The notes under the pieces: model-generated
The model's input: only the letters and a program-made list of their open reading frames with translations
Databases searched by the model: none
What the model was told of the DNA's origin: nothing
Shown: positions 47,856-55,989 of the stretch, one piece after another
Layout of the letters: every line of letters begins with the position of its first letter
Numbering within the stretch: position 1 is the first letter of the stretch
NCBI GenBank assembly: GCA_963746865.1
Contig: CAVVDB010000007.1
Location: 128,846 to 192,845 of the forward strand
Length of the DNA: 64,000 nucleotides
DNA from: an uncultured Chloroflexia bacterium
GTDB taxonomy: Bacteria; Chloroflexota; Limnocylindria; Limnocylindrales; CSP1-4
Direction: 5' to 3'
Translations under genes and position numbers: made by a program

Positions 47856-48312
47856 GCATGCATCTCACTCATGAGATTCGCGTCCTGGCACGCTTGACGG
47901 TGGCCCCAGATCGACAGAACTCGGGGGGTGGCCACGCTCGTTCGGGGCGATTTGTATGAGCAGGATGCATACCGGGCGCGCGGGAAGGGGCGAGGAGGGG
48001 CGAGGCGCCGGGCATGCATCTCACTCATGAGATTCGCGTCCTGGCACGCTTGGCGGTGGCCCCAGATCGACAGAACTGGGGGGTGGCCACGCTCGTTCGG
48101 GGCGATTCGTATGAGCAGGATGCATACCGGGCGCGCGGGAAGGGGCGAGGCGGGGCGAGGCGCCGGGCATGCATCTCACTCATGAGATTCGCGTCCTGCA
48201 CGCTTGGCGGTGGCCCCAGATCGACAGAACTGGGGGGTGGCCACGCTCGTTCGGGGCGATTCGTATGAGCAGGATGCATACCGGGCGCGCGGGAAGGGTG
48301 AATAGGATGCAT
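47856..48312 (+). repeat. tandem array of three family A copies (cores 47858-47970, 48014-48125, 48169-48279) plus a terminal right-arm fragment (48301-48312)
   Basis: 156/155-bp period. Conserved linker ACCGGGCGCGCGGGAAGGGGCGAGG[A/C]GGGGCGAGGCGCCGGGC between copies. Confidence 0.9.
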
Positions 48313-48323
48313 GTACGGGGGTC

Positions 48324-49037
48324 ATGGCGACCGGCCTGCGCTACTCTGCCACGGCGATGACCACCGAACGACTGCCGCGGGTCCTCGTCGTCGACGACGA
48401 GCTGACGATGCGCGAGTTCCTCGAGATGGGGCTCGGCTACGAGGGCTTCGAGGTGCGCACCGCGCCCGACGGCCCCGATGCCCTCGAGACCGCCCGCGCC
48501 TGGTCGCCCGACCTGGTCATCCTCGACCGCATGCTGCCCGGCCTCGACGGCCTGGAGATCTGCCGGCGACTCAGAGCCGGCGGCGACGTCGGCATCCTGA
48601 TGCTCAGCGCCCGAGGCAACGTCGACGACCGGATCGAAGGCCTCGACGCCGGCGCCGACGACTACCTGCCCAAGCCCTTCACGTTCAAGGAACTCCTCGC
48701 CCGCGTCCGCGCGGTGCTGAGACGCCGCGGCATCGTGCTGGGCCGCGTGATGGCGGTCGGTGACCTGAGCCTGGACCGCGAGACCCGCGAGGTGACCCGC
48801 GGCGAGCGGACCGTCGGCCTCACCCCGCGCGAATTCGAGCTCCTCGAACTGTTCCTCGGCCACCCGCGCCAGGTCTTCTCGCGCGAGGCGATCCTCAACC
48901 GGGTGTGGGGCTACGAATACGACGGCGACGCGAACGTCATCGAGGCCCACGTCAGCGCCCTGCGCGACAAGCTGGGCGACCGCGACCGAACCCTCATCCG
49001 CTCGATCCGCGGCGTCGGGTACACGCTCCGTGGCTAG
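48324..49037 (+). CDS. OmpR/PhoB-family response regulator
   Basis: 237 aa. VLVVDDE, DLVILDRMLPGLDG, LTPREFELLELF...IRGVGYTL. Confidence 0.9.
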   Translation: MATGLRYSATAMTTERLPRVLVVDDELTMREFLEMGLGYEGFEVRTAPDGPDALETARAWSPDLVILDRMLPGLDGLEICRRLRAGGDVGILMLSARGNVDDRIEGLDAGADDYLPKPFTFKELLARVRAVLRRRGIVLGRVMAVGDLSLDRETREVTRGERTVGLTPREFELLELFLGHPRQVFSREAILNRVWGYEYDGDANVIEAHVSALRDKLGDRDRTLIRSIRGVGYTLRG

Positions 49038-50597
49038 GTTCTTCTCCCGCATCTCGATCCGCTGGCGGCTCACCGCGACCTATGTCGCGCTGGTCGTGGC
49101 GATCGTCCTGGTGCTGGGGATCGCCCTCTACCGCGGCCTGGAGAGCTTCCTGCTCGACGACGTCGCGACGCGGACCTCGGCCGATGTCCAGCGGGTCGTC
49201 GATCGCGAACTGGATCGCGGCCGCGGCACCGGCTCCGGTCGGAACAACAACGCGACCCTCGTCCGACTCGCCGTCGCGCGCCTGGGCCGCACCCTTGTCA
49301 CCGAGGTCGGCGGCCGCGACACCTCGGTCGTGGTCCTGTGGCCGGACCACCGCGTCATCGCCTCGTCGGACCCGATCCCCGACGTCGCGCCCTGGCCGGT
49401 CCCGACCGTCACCGAGATGGACCTCGCGTCCGCCGGCACCGAACCCGTCCGGCGCGTCGACAACGGCCGTCAGCCGCGGGCCATGCTCCTGATCCAGCCC
49501 GTCCGAGCCTCCGACGGCACGGTCCTCGCCATCACCGCGGTCTCGACGTCCCTGGAAGGCGGCGATTCGGCCCTCGCCCAGCTGCGGACCGCGCTGATCG
49601 TCGGGGTCCTGGCGGCCATCCTGCTGGGCATCGCCCTCGGCCTGCCGATCACCCGCATCGCCCTCCGGCCGCTGGACCGCGTGGTGGGCGCGGCGCAACG
49701 GATCTCGGCCGGCGAGAGCGGCGTTCGCGTCGGGGCCGCCAACGCGCCCACAGAGATCGCCCGGCTCGGTGTCGCCTTCGACACGATGGTCGACCGGCTG
49801 GAGGCCTCGGCCGAGGCCCAGCGACGGTTCGTGGCCGACGCCTCGCACGAACTGCGCACGCCGCTGGCCGCCCTCGGCGGCATGACCGAGATGCTCCTCC
49901 TCGGCATCGACCAGGGCGACGAGGCGGCCGTGGAGCGGATCCTGACCGCGATGAACCGCGAGATCGGGCGGCTCGGGCGCCTGGCCTCGGACCTGCTGCT
50001 CCTCTCGCAACTGGAGGATCGCGGCGGGCGGCTGCCGCTGACGATCGGCGAGGTGCCGCTGGCCGAAGTGGCCGCCGAGGTCGTCACGGAACTCAACGGG
50101 ATCACCGAGGGCCGGATGGTCTCGCTGGCGATCGCGCCGGGCCTGGTCGTCACGGGCGATCGCGATCGGATCAAGCAGGTCCTGCTCAACCTGGTCGAGA
50201 ACGCGGCACGCCACACCGAGGCGGGCGGCTCGATCGTGATCGCCGCGGCCACGGGCCGAGGAACGGACGACCGGCGACGAGCGCCGACGCCGTCCGGATC
50301 TCCGTCACCGACGACGGCACCGGGCTCGCCCCCGAGGACGTCGATCGCATCTTCGACCGCTTCTATCGAGCCGACCAGGCGCGCGTCCGCGCCGGCGGCG
50401 CAGGGCTCGGCCTGTCGATCGTCAAGGCGATCGCGGAGGCCCACGGCGGCCGCGCCGAGGCCTCCAGCCCGGGTCTCGGACAGGGCACGACGGTGAGCGT
50501 GATCCTCCCGGCGACGCCCGCCCCGGACACGATGCGGGGCGTTTTGGCAACACCTTCAGGAAATCTTCAGGAATCCCCCGCCTTATCTCAAGACTGA
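49030..50597 (+). pseudogene. sensor histidine kinase (TM-sensor-TM-HAMP-HisKA-HATPase), one apparent frameshift near 50265
   Basis: FVADASHELRTPLAAL, NLVENAARHT in ORF 49030... VTDDGTGLAPEDVDRIFDRFYRAD, GGAGLGLSIVKAIAEAHGG in ORF ..50597. GTG start overlaps the RR stop. Confidence 0.85.
50555..50576 (+). promoter_or_regulatory. direct repeat TTCAGGAA-ATC-TTCAGGAA (two 8-mers, 11-bp period), candidate response-regulator box
   Basis: Read directly. Sits in a locally AT-richer stretch at the extreme 3' end of the kinase ORF, about 95 bp upstream of the 50669 gene. Confidence 0.45.
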
Positions 50598-50668
50598 CCC
50601 GGTACGGTGAGGGTCAACACGCCTGCACTCATCCCGCGACTCGTCGCATCCAACCGGAGGATCCACCA

Positions 50669-51880
50669 GTGATCCAGGAACCGATCCAGCCAGTCCAGGC
50701 ACCGCCCACGGCGACCGCCAAGCCCCGCTCGAGCAACACGCTCAAGATCGGGCTCGTGGCCGCGCTGTGCCTCGCGCTGATCGTTCCCGTCGTGATCGCC
50801 ATCGCGGCCAATTCGGCGCCGTCGTCGCAGGACCCGCTCGGGCTCGCCGCGGGCGCCTCGGATGCACCGGCCGCGGCCGGTTCGGCCGCGCCGAACAAGG
50901 TCGATGGCACCGGCGACAAGGGCGACCGGAAGGGCTTCGACTTCGGACGGGGCGGCGCCGGCCGCGGGCCGATCACCATCCGCTCGATCAACGGCAACAG
51001 CCTGGGGCTCGGGACCGACGACGGCTGGACGCGGACGATCGTCGTCGAGTCGACGACCACGATCACCAAGGGCGGGCAGCCGGTCGCGCTGAGCACGCTG
51101 AGCGTCGGTGACGAGATCCGGTTCAGCCAGAAGAAGAACGACGACGGCACCTACACGATCACCGCCATCGTCCTGCCGACCCCGAAGGTCGCCGGCAAGG
51201 TGACCGTGGTGACCGACACGATGATCTCGGTCGACGTCAAGGGCGACACTGACAAGGTCATCACCGTCAACGGCTCCACGGTCTACAAGTTCGGCAAGGA
51301 TGGTGCCGCGAAGAAGGCCGATGTGACCGTCGGCGACCGGATCACCGCGCAGGGCGAGGTGAGCGGCACGACCTTCACCGCCATCACCGTCACGATCGCA
51401 CCCGATGTGGCCGCCGGCAAGGTGACCGCGGTGACCGACACGACCATCACGGTCGATGGCCGGGGCGACACGAACACGGTCATCACCGTCAACGGCTCCA
51501 CGGTCTACAAGCTGGGCACGGATGCCGCGAAGAAGGCCGACGTGACCGTCGGCGACAAGATCGGTGCGCAGGGTGAGCTGAACGGGACGACCTTCACCGC
51601 CAGCACCGTCACGATCGCGCCCGACGTGGCCGGCGGCGTGGTGACCGCCAAGACCGCCGACTCCATCACGGTCAAGGGCCGGGACGACAAGACGACCGTC
51701 ATCCACGTCTCCTCCAAGACGACCTACAAGGTCCACGGCAAGGACGCCGCGACCATCGCCGACATCGCCGTGGGCGACTGGGTCGGGGCGACCGGCGTCT
51801 CGCGCGCCGACGGGTCCCTTGACGCCACGATCGTGGGCGGGATGAACCCGAAGGGCTTCAAGCTGCCGAAGGCCCCGTAG
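50669..51880 (+). CDS. membrane-anchored secreted protein with 4-5 tandem DUF5666-like beta domains
   Basis: 403 aa. GGAGGA before the GTG start. N-terminal TM IGLVAALCLALIVPVVIAIAA. Repeated units ...VAGKVTxVTDTxITVDxxGDTxxVITVNGSTVYKxG...KKADVTVGDxIxAQGE... Confidence 0.65.
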   Translation: MIQEPIQPVQAPPTATAKPRSSNTLKIGLVAALCLALIVPVVIAIAANSAPSSQDPLGLAAGASDAPAAAGSAAPNKVDGTGDKGDRKGFDFGRGGAGRGPITIRSINGNSLGLGTDDGWTRTIVVESTTTITKGGQPVALSTLSVGDEIRFSQKKNDDGTYTITAIVLPTPKVAGKVTVVTDTMISVDVKGDTDKVITVNGSTVYKFGKDGAAKKADVTVGDRITAQGEVSGTTFTAITVTIAPDVAAGKVTAVTDTTITVDGRGDTNTVITVNGSTVYKLGTDAAKKADVTVGDKIGAQGELNGTTFTASTVTIAPDVAGGVVTAKTADSITVKGRDDKTTVIHVSSKTTYKVHGKDAATIADIAVGDWVGATGVSRADGSLDATIVGGMNPKGFKLPKAP

Positions 51881-52001
51881 CCGCGAGTCCCGCCCCGTAG
51901 CTGAACGCGGTCCCGCCCGGCCGGTGCCCAGGCCGGGCGCGCACCGCCCCACCCCGCCCCGCCCCGCCTCGCCCCGCCCCGCCTCGCGCCCCCAGCGCAG
52001 G

Positions 52002-52191
52002 CCCGCCATTCACCCCACGGCTGAACGGACCGACGACCGGCGCGGCGGCGGTCCGGTGAGTCACCCCGCGACTGAACTGACCCCGGCAACCCGTTCGAGG
52101 CGCCCTCGCCGGTCAACTGAGTCGTCCGGTGCATCGTTCCGACCTTGCGCGTCGGCCCGCCGGTCGTAACAGGCGCCCCGTGAATAGGGGG
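52002..52191 (+). repeat. family B imperfect palindrome, copy 1 (190 bp)
   Basis: CCCGCCATTCACCCCACGGCTGAACGGACCGACGACCGG...CCGGTCGTAACAGGCGCCCCGTGAATAGGGGG. Compared directly with copies 2 and 3. Confidence 0.9.
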
Positions 52192-52209
52192 CATGGCAGG
52201 GCCGAGCCT

Positions 52210-52753
52210 TCAGCAGTCGAACACGAACCAGCACAACTCGTTGCGCAGCCGTTGGTCGTCAAGCACGAGTTCCCGGATCTCGTCGGGGAGCTGGGCACGC
52301 TGCCAGTCGCACTCCAGGTGGCCGGCCGCCTCGCCCTCGTCCTCCGGCGCTGCCGCTCGCACCGCCCTGATCGCGTAGGCCGCTGCACCCAGTTCATGGG
52401 CCGCCACATGGCCGACCGCCGCGGCCTGGCCGGCAGCGTACGCGGCATGCCGGGCTGCCCCACGCAGGTCCCTGGCCGCTGCGTTCGCATGGCCGGCCGC
52501 CGAGCGGGCCTCTGCCCACGTGACCTCACCCCGCGCCCAGGCACGCCCGAGCTCGATCGCCCGCCCGTGGACGGTCGTCCTTCGGCCGAGCCTGCTCGAA
52601 GTGGGGCAGCACGTGCTCCGCGCAGTCAGCCGCCCACAGCGCAAGGAGCCGATGATCGTCGTCCTTGAGGGTCCCGCCGCGGCGCACGGTGATGAACCGC
52701 GGATCCCGGATCTTGGGAAGGATCACCTGGTCTGCCCACCTCGCTCGGAACAT
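52210..52753 (-). pseudogene. conserved actinobacterial-type helical protein (family I recall being annotated as putative immunity protein), one apparent frameshift near 52545
   Basis: N-terminus MFRARWADQVILPKIRDPRFITVRRGGTLKDDDHRLLALWAADCAEHVLPHFEQARPKDDRPR in ORF 52526..52753. Continuation RAIELGRAWARGEV...AAHELGAAAYAIRAV...LVLDDQRLRNELCWFVFDC in ORF 52210..52644. Confidence 0.5.
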
Positions 52754-52787
52754 CTCTCGGAATGATGCCCGTCCTCAGCCGACCCGG

Positions 52788-52976
52788 CCCGCCATTCACC
52801 CCACGCCTGAACCGACCGATGACCGACGCGGCGGTGGTCCGTTGAGCCGCCCCACGACTGAACTGACCCCCAGGAGGCCCGTCCAGGCGCGCTCGCCGGT
52901 CAGGTGAGTCGTCGGGTGCATCGTTCCGGCAGGGCACGCCCGTTCGCCGGTCGTAACAGGCGCCCGGTGAATGGCC
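52788..52976 (+). repeat. family B imperfect palindrome, copy 2 (189 bp)
   Basis: CCCGCCATTCACCCCACGCCTGAACCGACCGATGACCG...CCGGTCGTAACAGGCGCCCGGTGAATGGCC. Confidence 0.9.
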
Positions 52977-52986
52977 GACGGGTCCC

Positions 52987-53640
52987 TCACAGCAGGATGA
53001 GCGACCAGCCACCTGGGTCCCTCCCCTCCCTAAGGGCCCGCAACGCATCCCGGGCTGGGACAGGGAACATCTCCCGGAATGACGCCTCCGCGGCCCGGAT
53101 GGCAGCCCGGTTCGCTCGGGTGTCGGAGACGAGCAGGATCACCTGTTCGATGCCGGAGTCCCGCGCCTTGAGTGCGATCCGGCGTTGGAGTGCCTGGCTA
53201 TCCACGATCCGCGTCTCGGCCTCGACGCCGACCAGCTTTGGCGCCCCGATCACGTGGAGGTCCCAAGCTCGCTGATCTCCGGCGATCGGGACCGGAACTT
53301 CGGACCGCAACGCGAGCGGTTTGCCGACATATGGCCGGAACCGGTCGATGAGGTGGGTCTGCCCCTGATCACGCAGCGGAGCTCCGCCCGGATAGAGCTT
53401 GAGCGAGAGGTCCAACCCGAGGACACTCGCGATGCGGCACAGCTGCTCGAGCGACACGGTGGCCAGGACGCCACGCTCGATCCGGCTCACCTGGGACTGT
53501 GACAGATCGCACGCCTTCGCAACGAAGGCCTGGCTTAGACCGAGTCCGATCCTTGTGGTCCGAAACTCCTCCCCGGTCGTCCGACGGATCCGGTGGCAGA
53601 GGCGCAGTCCCCGATCAAGGAGGCGCTGACGAGATGGCAT
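52987..53640 (-). CDS. XRE-family HTH protein with PD-(D/E)xK-like C-terminal domain (paralog of 44382..45179)
   Basis: 217 aa from Met at 53640 within ORF 52987..54501. HTH LSQAFVAKACDLSQSQVSRIERG. RAWDLHVIG...LVGVEAETRI aligns with the D...EVK region of the paralog. Confidence 0.6.
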   Translation of the reverse strand: MPSRQRLLDRGLRLCHRIRRTTGEEFRTTRIGLGLSQAFVAKACDLSQSQVSRIERGVLATVSLEQLCRIASVLGLDLSLKLYPGGAPLRDQGQTHLIDRFRPYVGKPLALRSEVPVPIAGDQRAWDLHVIGAPKLVGVEAETRIVDSQALQRRIALKARDSGIEQVILLVSDTRANRAAIRAAEASFREMFPVPARDALRALREGRDPGGWSLILL

Positions 53641-53693
53641 GAGCGTAGGGTGACGAAGGGCACGTAGCTGCGGCTTACCGAGCCCCGCCAAGG

Positions 53694-53885
53694 CCCGCCA
53701 TTCACTCCACGCCTGAACCGACCGACGACCGACCCGACGGCGGTCCGTTGAGCCACCCGACGACTGAACCGACCCCCGGCAGCCCCTCCAGACGCCCTCG
53801 ACGGTCACCTGAGCCATCGGGTGCATCGTTCCGGCAGGGCACGCCCGCCCGCCGGTCGTAACAGGCGCCCGGTGAATAGCGGGGG
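53694..53885 (+). repeat. family B imperfect palindrome, copy 3 (192 bp)
   Basis: CCCGCCATTCACTCCACGCCTGAACCGACCGACGACCG...CCGGTCGTAACAGGCGCCCGGTGAATAGCGGGGG. Confidence 0.9.
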
Positions 53886-54003
53886 TATGGCACAGGCCCG
53901 GCACGGCCACGCGCCGAGCCGGGACCAACGGGGCAGCGCCGGCAGGCATCGACAAGGACCAACGGCGGGCTTCACGCCCCATCCAGCCGACTACAATCGG
54001 GCC

Positions 54004-54597
54004 ATGACGTGGGACACCAGTTTCGAACCACCGGCGAACCCGCATGACGAGCCGGTCGAGCTGGTCGGCACGCACCTGCGGCTGAAGGGGGTCATCGGTC
54101 TCGGGCGGTTCGGGCGGCTGACCGATCTGATCAATGCCTCGAGCGGCTACGTCCGAGTCCGCGACGTCCAACTCCTCAGGCGCAACGGCGACCCGACCAG
54201 CCTCATCCTCCCCGAGTTGATGGTCGACCAGGACGAGATCTCGTTCATCGCCCAGCACGAGGCACCCGCCCCGGAGCCCGGTGCGGCCGGCGGCTACGTC
54301 GACAGCTTCAGCACTACCGCCGTCGTCTCCCGCAAGGCGCGCGAGTTCGTCATGTTCACGCCCGGGCACACGGTCACCGGCAAGGTCCACATCTTCGGCC
54401 AGACCGACCTGGCCGGGTTCGTCGACTCGTCGGACCCGCGCTTCGTGCCGGTGACCAGCGTCACGACCCGCTCGCTGGCCGACCGGCGGATCATCAGCCA
54501 CTACGAGTTCGTGCTGATCAACCGGACCCAGATGATCGCGGCGTCCGAGATCGGTCGGCAGGGCGACTTCGCGCCCGAGGACGTCCCCGACCTGTAG
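54004..54597 (+). CDS. hypothetical protein with two related small beta-rich domains
   Basis: 197 aa from ATG 54004 within ORF 53821..54597. The ORF part upstream of that is translated from family B copy 3. Internal duplication (LRLKGVIGLGRFGRLTDLIN...ISFIAQ vs TVTGKVHIFGQTDLAGFVDS...QMIAASE). Confidence 0.5.
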   Translation: MTWDTSFEPPANPHDEPVELVGTHLRLKGVIGLGRFGRLTDLINASSGYVRVRDVQLLRRNGDPTSLILPELMVDQDEISFIAQHEAPAPEPGAAGGYVDSFSTTAVVSRKAREFVMFTPGHTVTGKVHIFGQTDLAGFVDSSDPRFVPVTSVTTRSLADRRIISHYEFVLINRTQMIAASEIGRQGDFAPEDVPDL

Positions 54598-54754
54598 GAC
54601 CGAGGTCGGAAACCCCCGCCGACCCCGAAGGTACCGGCTCCGCTAGTCCATTCGTGCCGTCGTGCCTGGGCACGATCCCAAGGACCATCTGGACAGGACT
54701 CTTTGTGCGTCTCTACATCGACGCGAAGCCGGTCCCGAATGGAGACGAAACCAC

Positions 54755-55920
54755 ATGGCCTCATTCCCCAAGCCGACCGGTCGGACCCGGAAGCCGCTCG
54801 TGTTGCTCATGGCAGGGGCGCTTACGCTGACCCTGGCGGGCTCAGTCGGGGCGGCCAATCCTCCGGGCTGGACCAAGATCAACGCCTGCGTCGTCACCAA
54901 GACGAACGTCGTCAAGATCCGCGTCAAGCGCTACTCCGTGGCCAGCCTCTGCGGGCCGGGTGAGCGACAGTTCACGTGGGCCGTCAAGGGTCCGCAGGGC
55001 GCAGCCGGCCCGGCCGGCGCGACGGCGCGAATGGCACCAATGGCACGAACGGATCCAATGGCGCGACCGGCGCCACCGGTCCGGCCGGAGCCACAGGTTC
55101 TGCGGGCGCCGCCGGCGCGGCTGGCGCCGTGGGTCCGACCGGGGCTCAGGGTCCGACCGGACCCCAGGGACCGACCGGTGCTGATGGCGCAGCTGGTGCC
55201 ACGGGCGCCGACGGGGCTGCCGGCGCGACAGGCGCAGACGGCACGAACGGCAGCGATGGTGCTGCCGGTCCGACCGGCGCCCAGGGCCCGAGCGGCGCCG
55301 ATGGCGCGGCCGGGGCGACGGGAGCCGACGGCACGAACGGAACCGACGGGACCAACGGCAGCGACGGCGCTGTCGGCCCGACCGGTGCCGATGGCACGAA
55401 CGGGACCAACGGGACCGACGGGACCAACGGCGCTGATGGCGCCACGGGTCCGACCGGTGCCCCAGGCGCCGACGGAACCAACGGCACGGATGGCGCCGCG
55501 GGTGCCACCGGCCCTGCCGGTGCGACCGGTCCGGCTGGTCCGACCGGTGCCCCAGGCGCTGACGGAACCGACGGAACCAACGGAACCAACGGCGCACCGG
55601 GCGCCACGGGCGCAACCGGTGCCGCGGGCGCGACCTTCAACAGCTGGCGTGCCGGCTCGGCGACCACCGTCGCCGGGACGACCACGACCTTCACGATCGC
55701 CTTCTCGAGCTCGATCGGGACGACGAACTACCAGGTCAACGTCGAGGCCTCTCCGGCTTCGGCCACCGGCCTCGGTGGGACGAGCAGTGGTTGCCAGTAC
55801 AGCATCACCAACAAGACCGTGAACGGGTTCACGTTCTCGTGCCTCAACGTCGGCAGCGGCGTCGCTCTCGACTTCGACACGGGTGTGACCTTCGGTTACA
55901 TCGCGATCCCGAACAACTAA
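54755..55920 (+). pseudogene. secreted collagen-like triple-helix-repeat protein with globular C-terminal domain, one apparent frameshift near 55020
   Basis: Signal-peptide-like N-terminus MASFPKPTGRTRKPLVLLMAGALTLTLAGSVGAA in the frame of ORF 54662... Roughly 65-70 Gly-X-Y triplets (GTNGTDGTNGADGATGPTGAPG...) and a non-repetitive approx 100-aa tail in ORF 54976..55920. Confidence 0.8.
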
Positions 55921-55940
55921 CCCAACCCAGTAGCAGTCAC

Positions 55941-55977
55941 GAACCCCGGCGGTCACACCGCCGGGGTTCTTCGTTGT
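55941..55977. terminator. strong hairpin with T-rich tail, bidirectional position between convergent genes
   Basis: GAACCCCGGCGG-TCACA-CCGCCGGGGTTC followed by TTCGTTGT. Lies 21 bp after the collagen-like stop and 13 bp from the vapC stop. Confidence 0.65.
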
Positions 55978-55989
55978 CCGGGCGCCGAC

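Noticed and set aside
48014-48268. Small ORFs beginning at the ATG of the ATGCAT repeat terminus ([10 protein letters not shown]...)
   Set aside because: 1-2 bp length differences between copies change the downstream peptide and the stop position. Similar peptides appear from both strands only because the element is palindromic. There is no conserved coding frame.
47856-48312. Regularly spaced repeats looked CRISPR-like
   Set aside because: The repeat unit is 111-113 bp and palindromic over its whole length. The 43-44 bp spacers are the same sequence each time. No cas genes are in the window.
52002-53885. Canonical integron cassette array with attC sites
   Set aside because: The repeats are about 190 bp, longer than typical attC sites. 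I could not find RYYYAAC/GTTRRRY cores at the ends, and no intI-like tyrosine recombinase is present. Only the looser cassette-like geometry is reported as a finding.
54842-55956. Multiple long ORFs on both strands across the collagen-like repeat
   Set aside because: They are by-products of the 9-bp-periodic Gly-X-Y coding repeat. Only the Gly-X-Y frame connects a signal peptide to a non-repetitive C-terminal domain.
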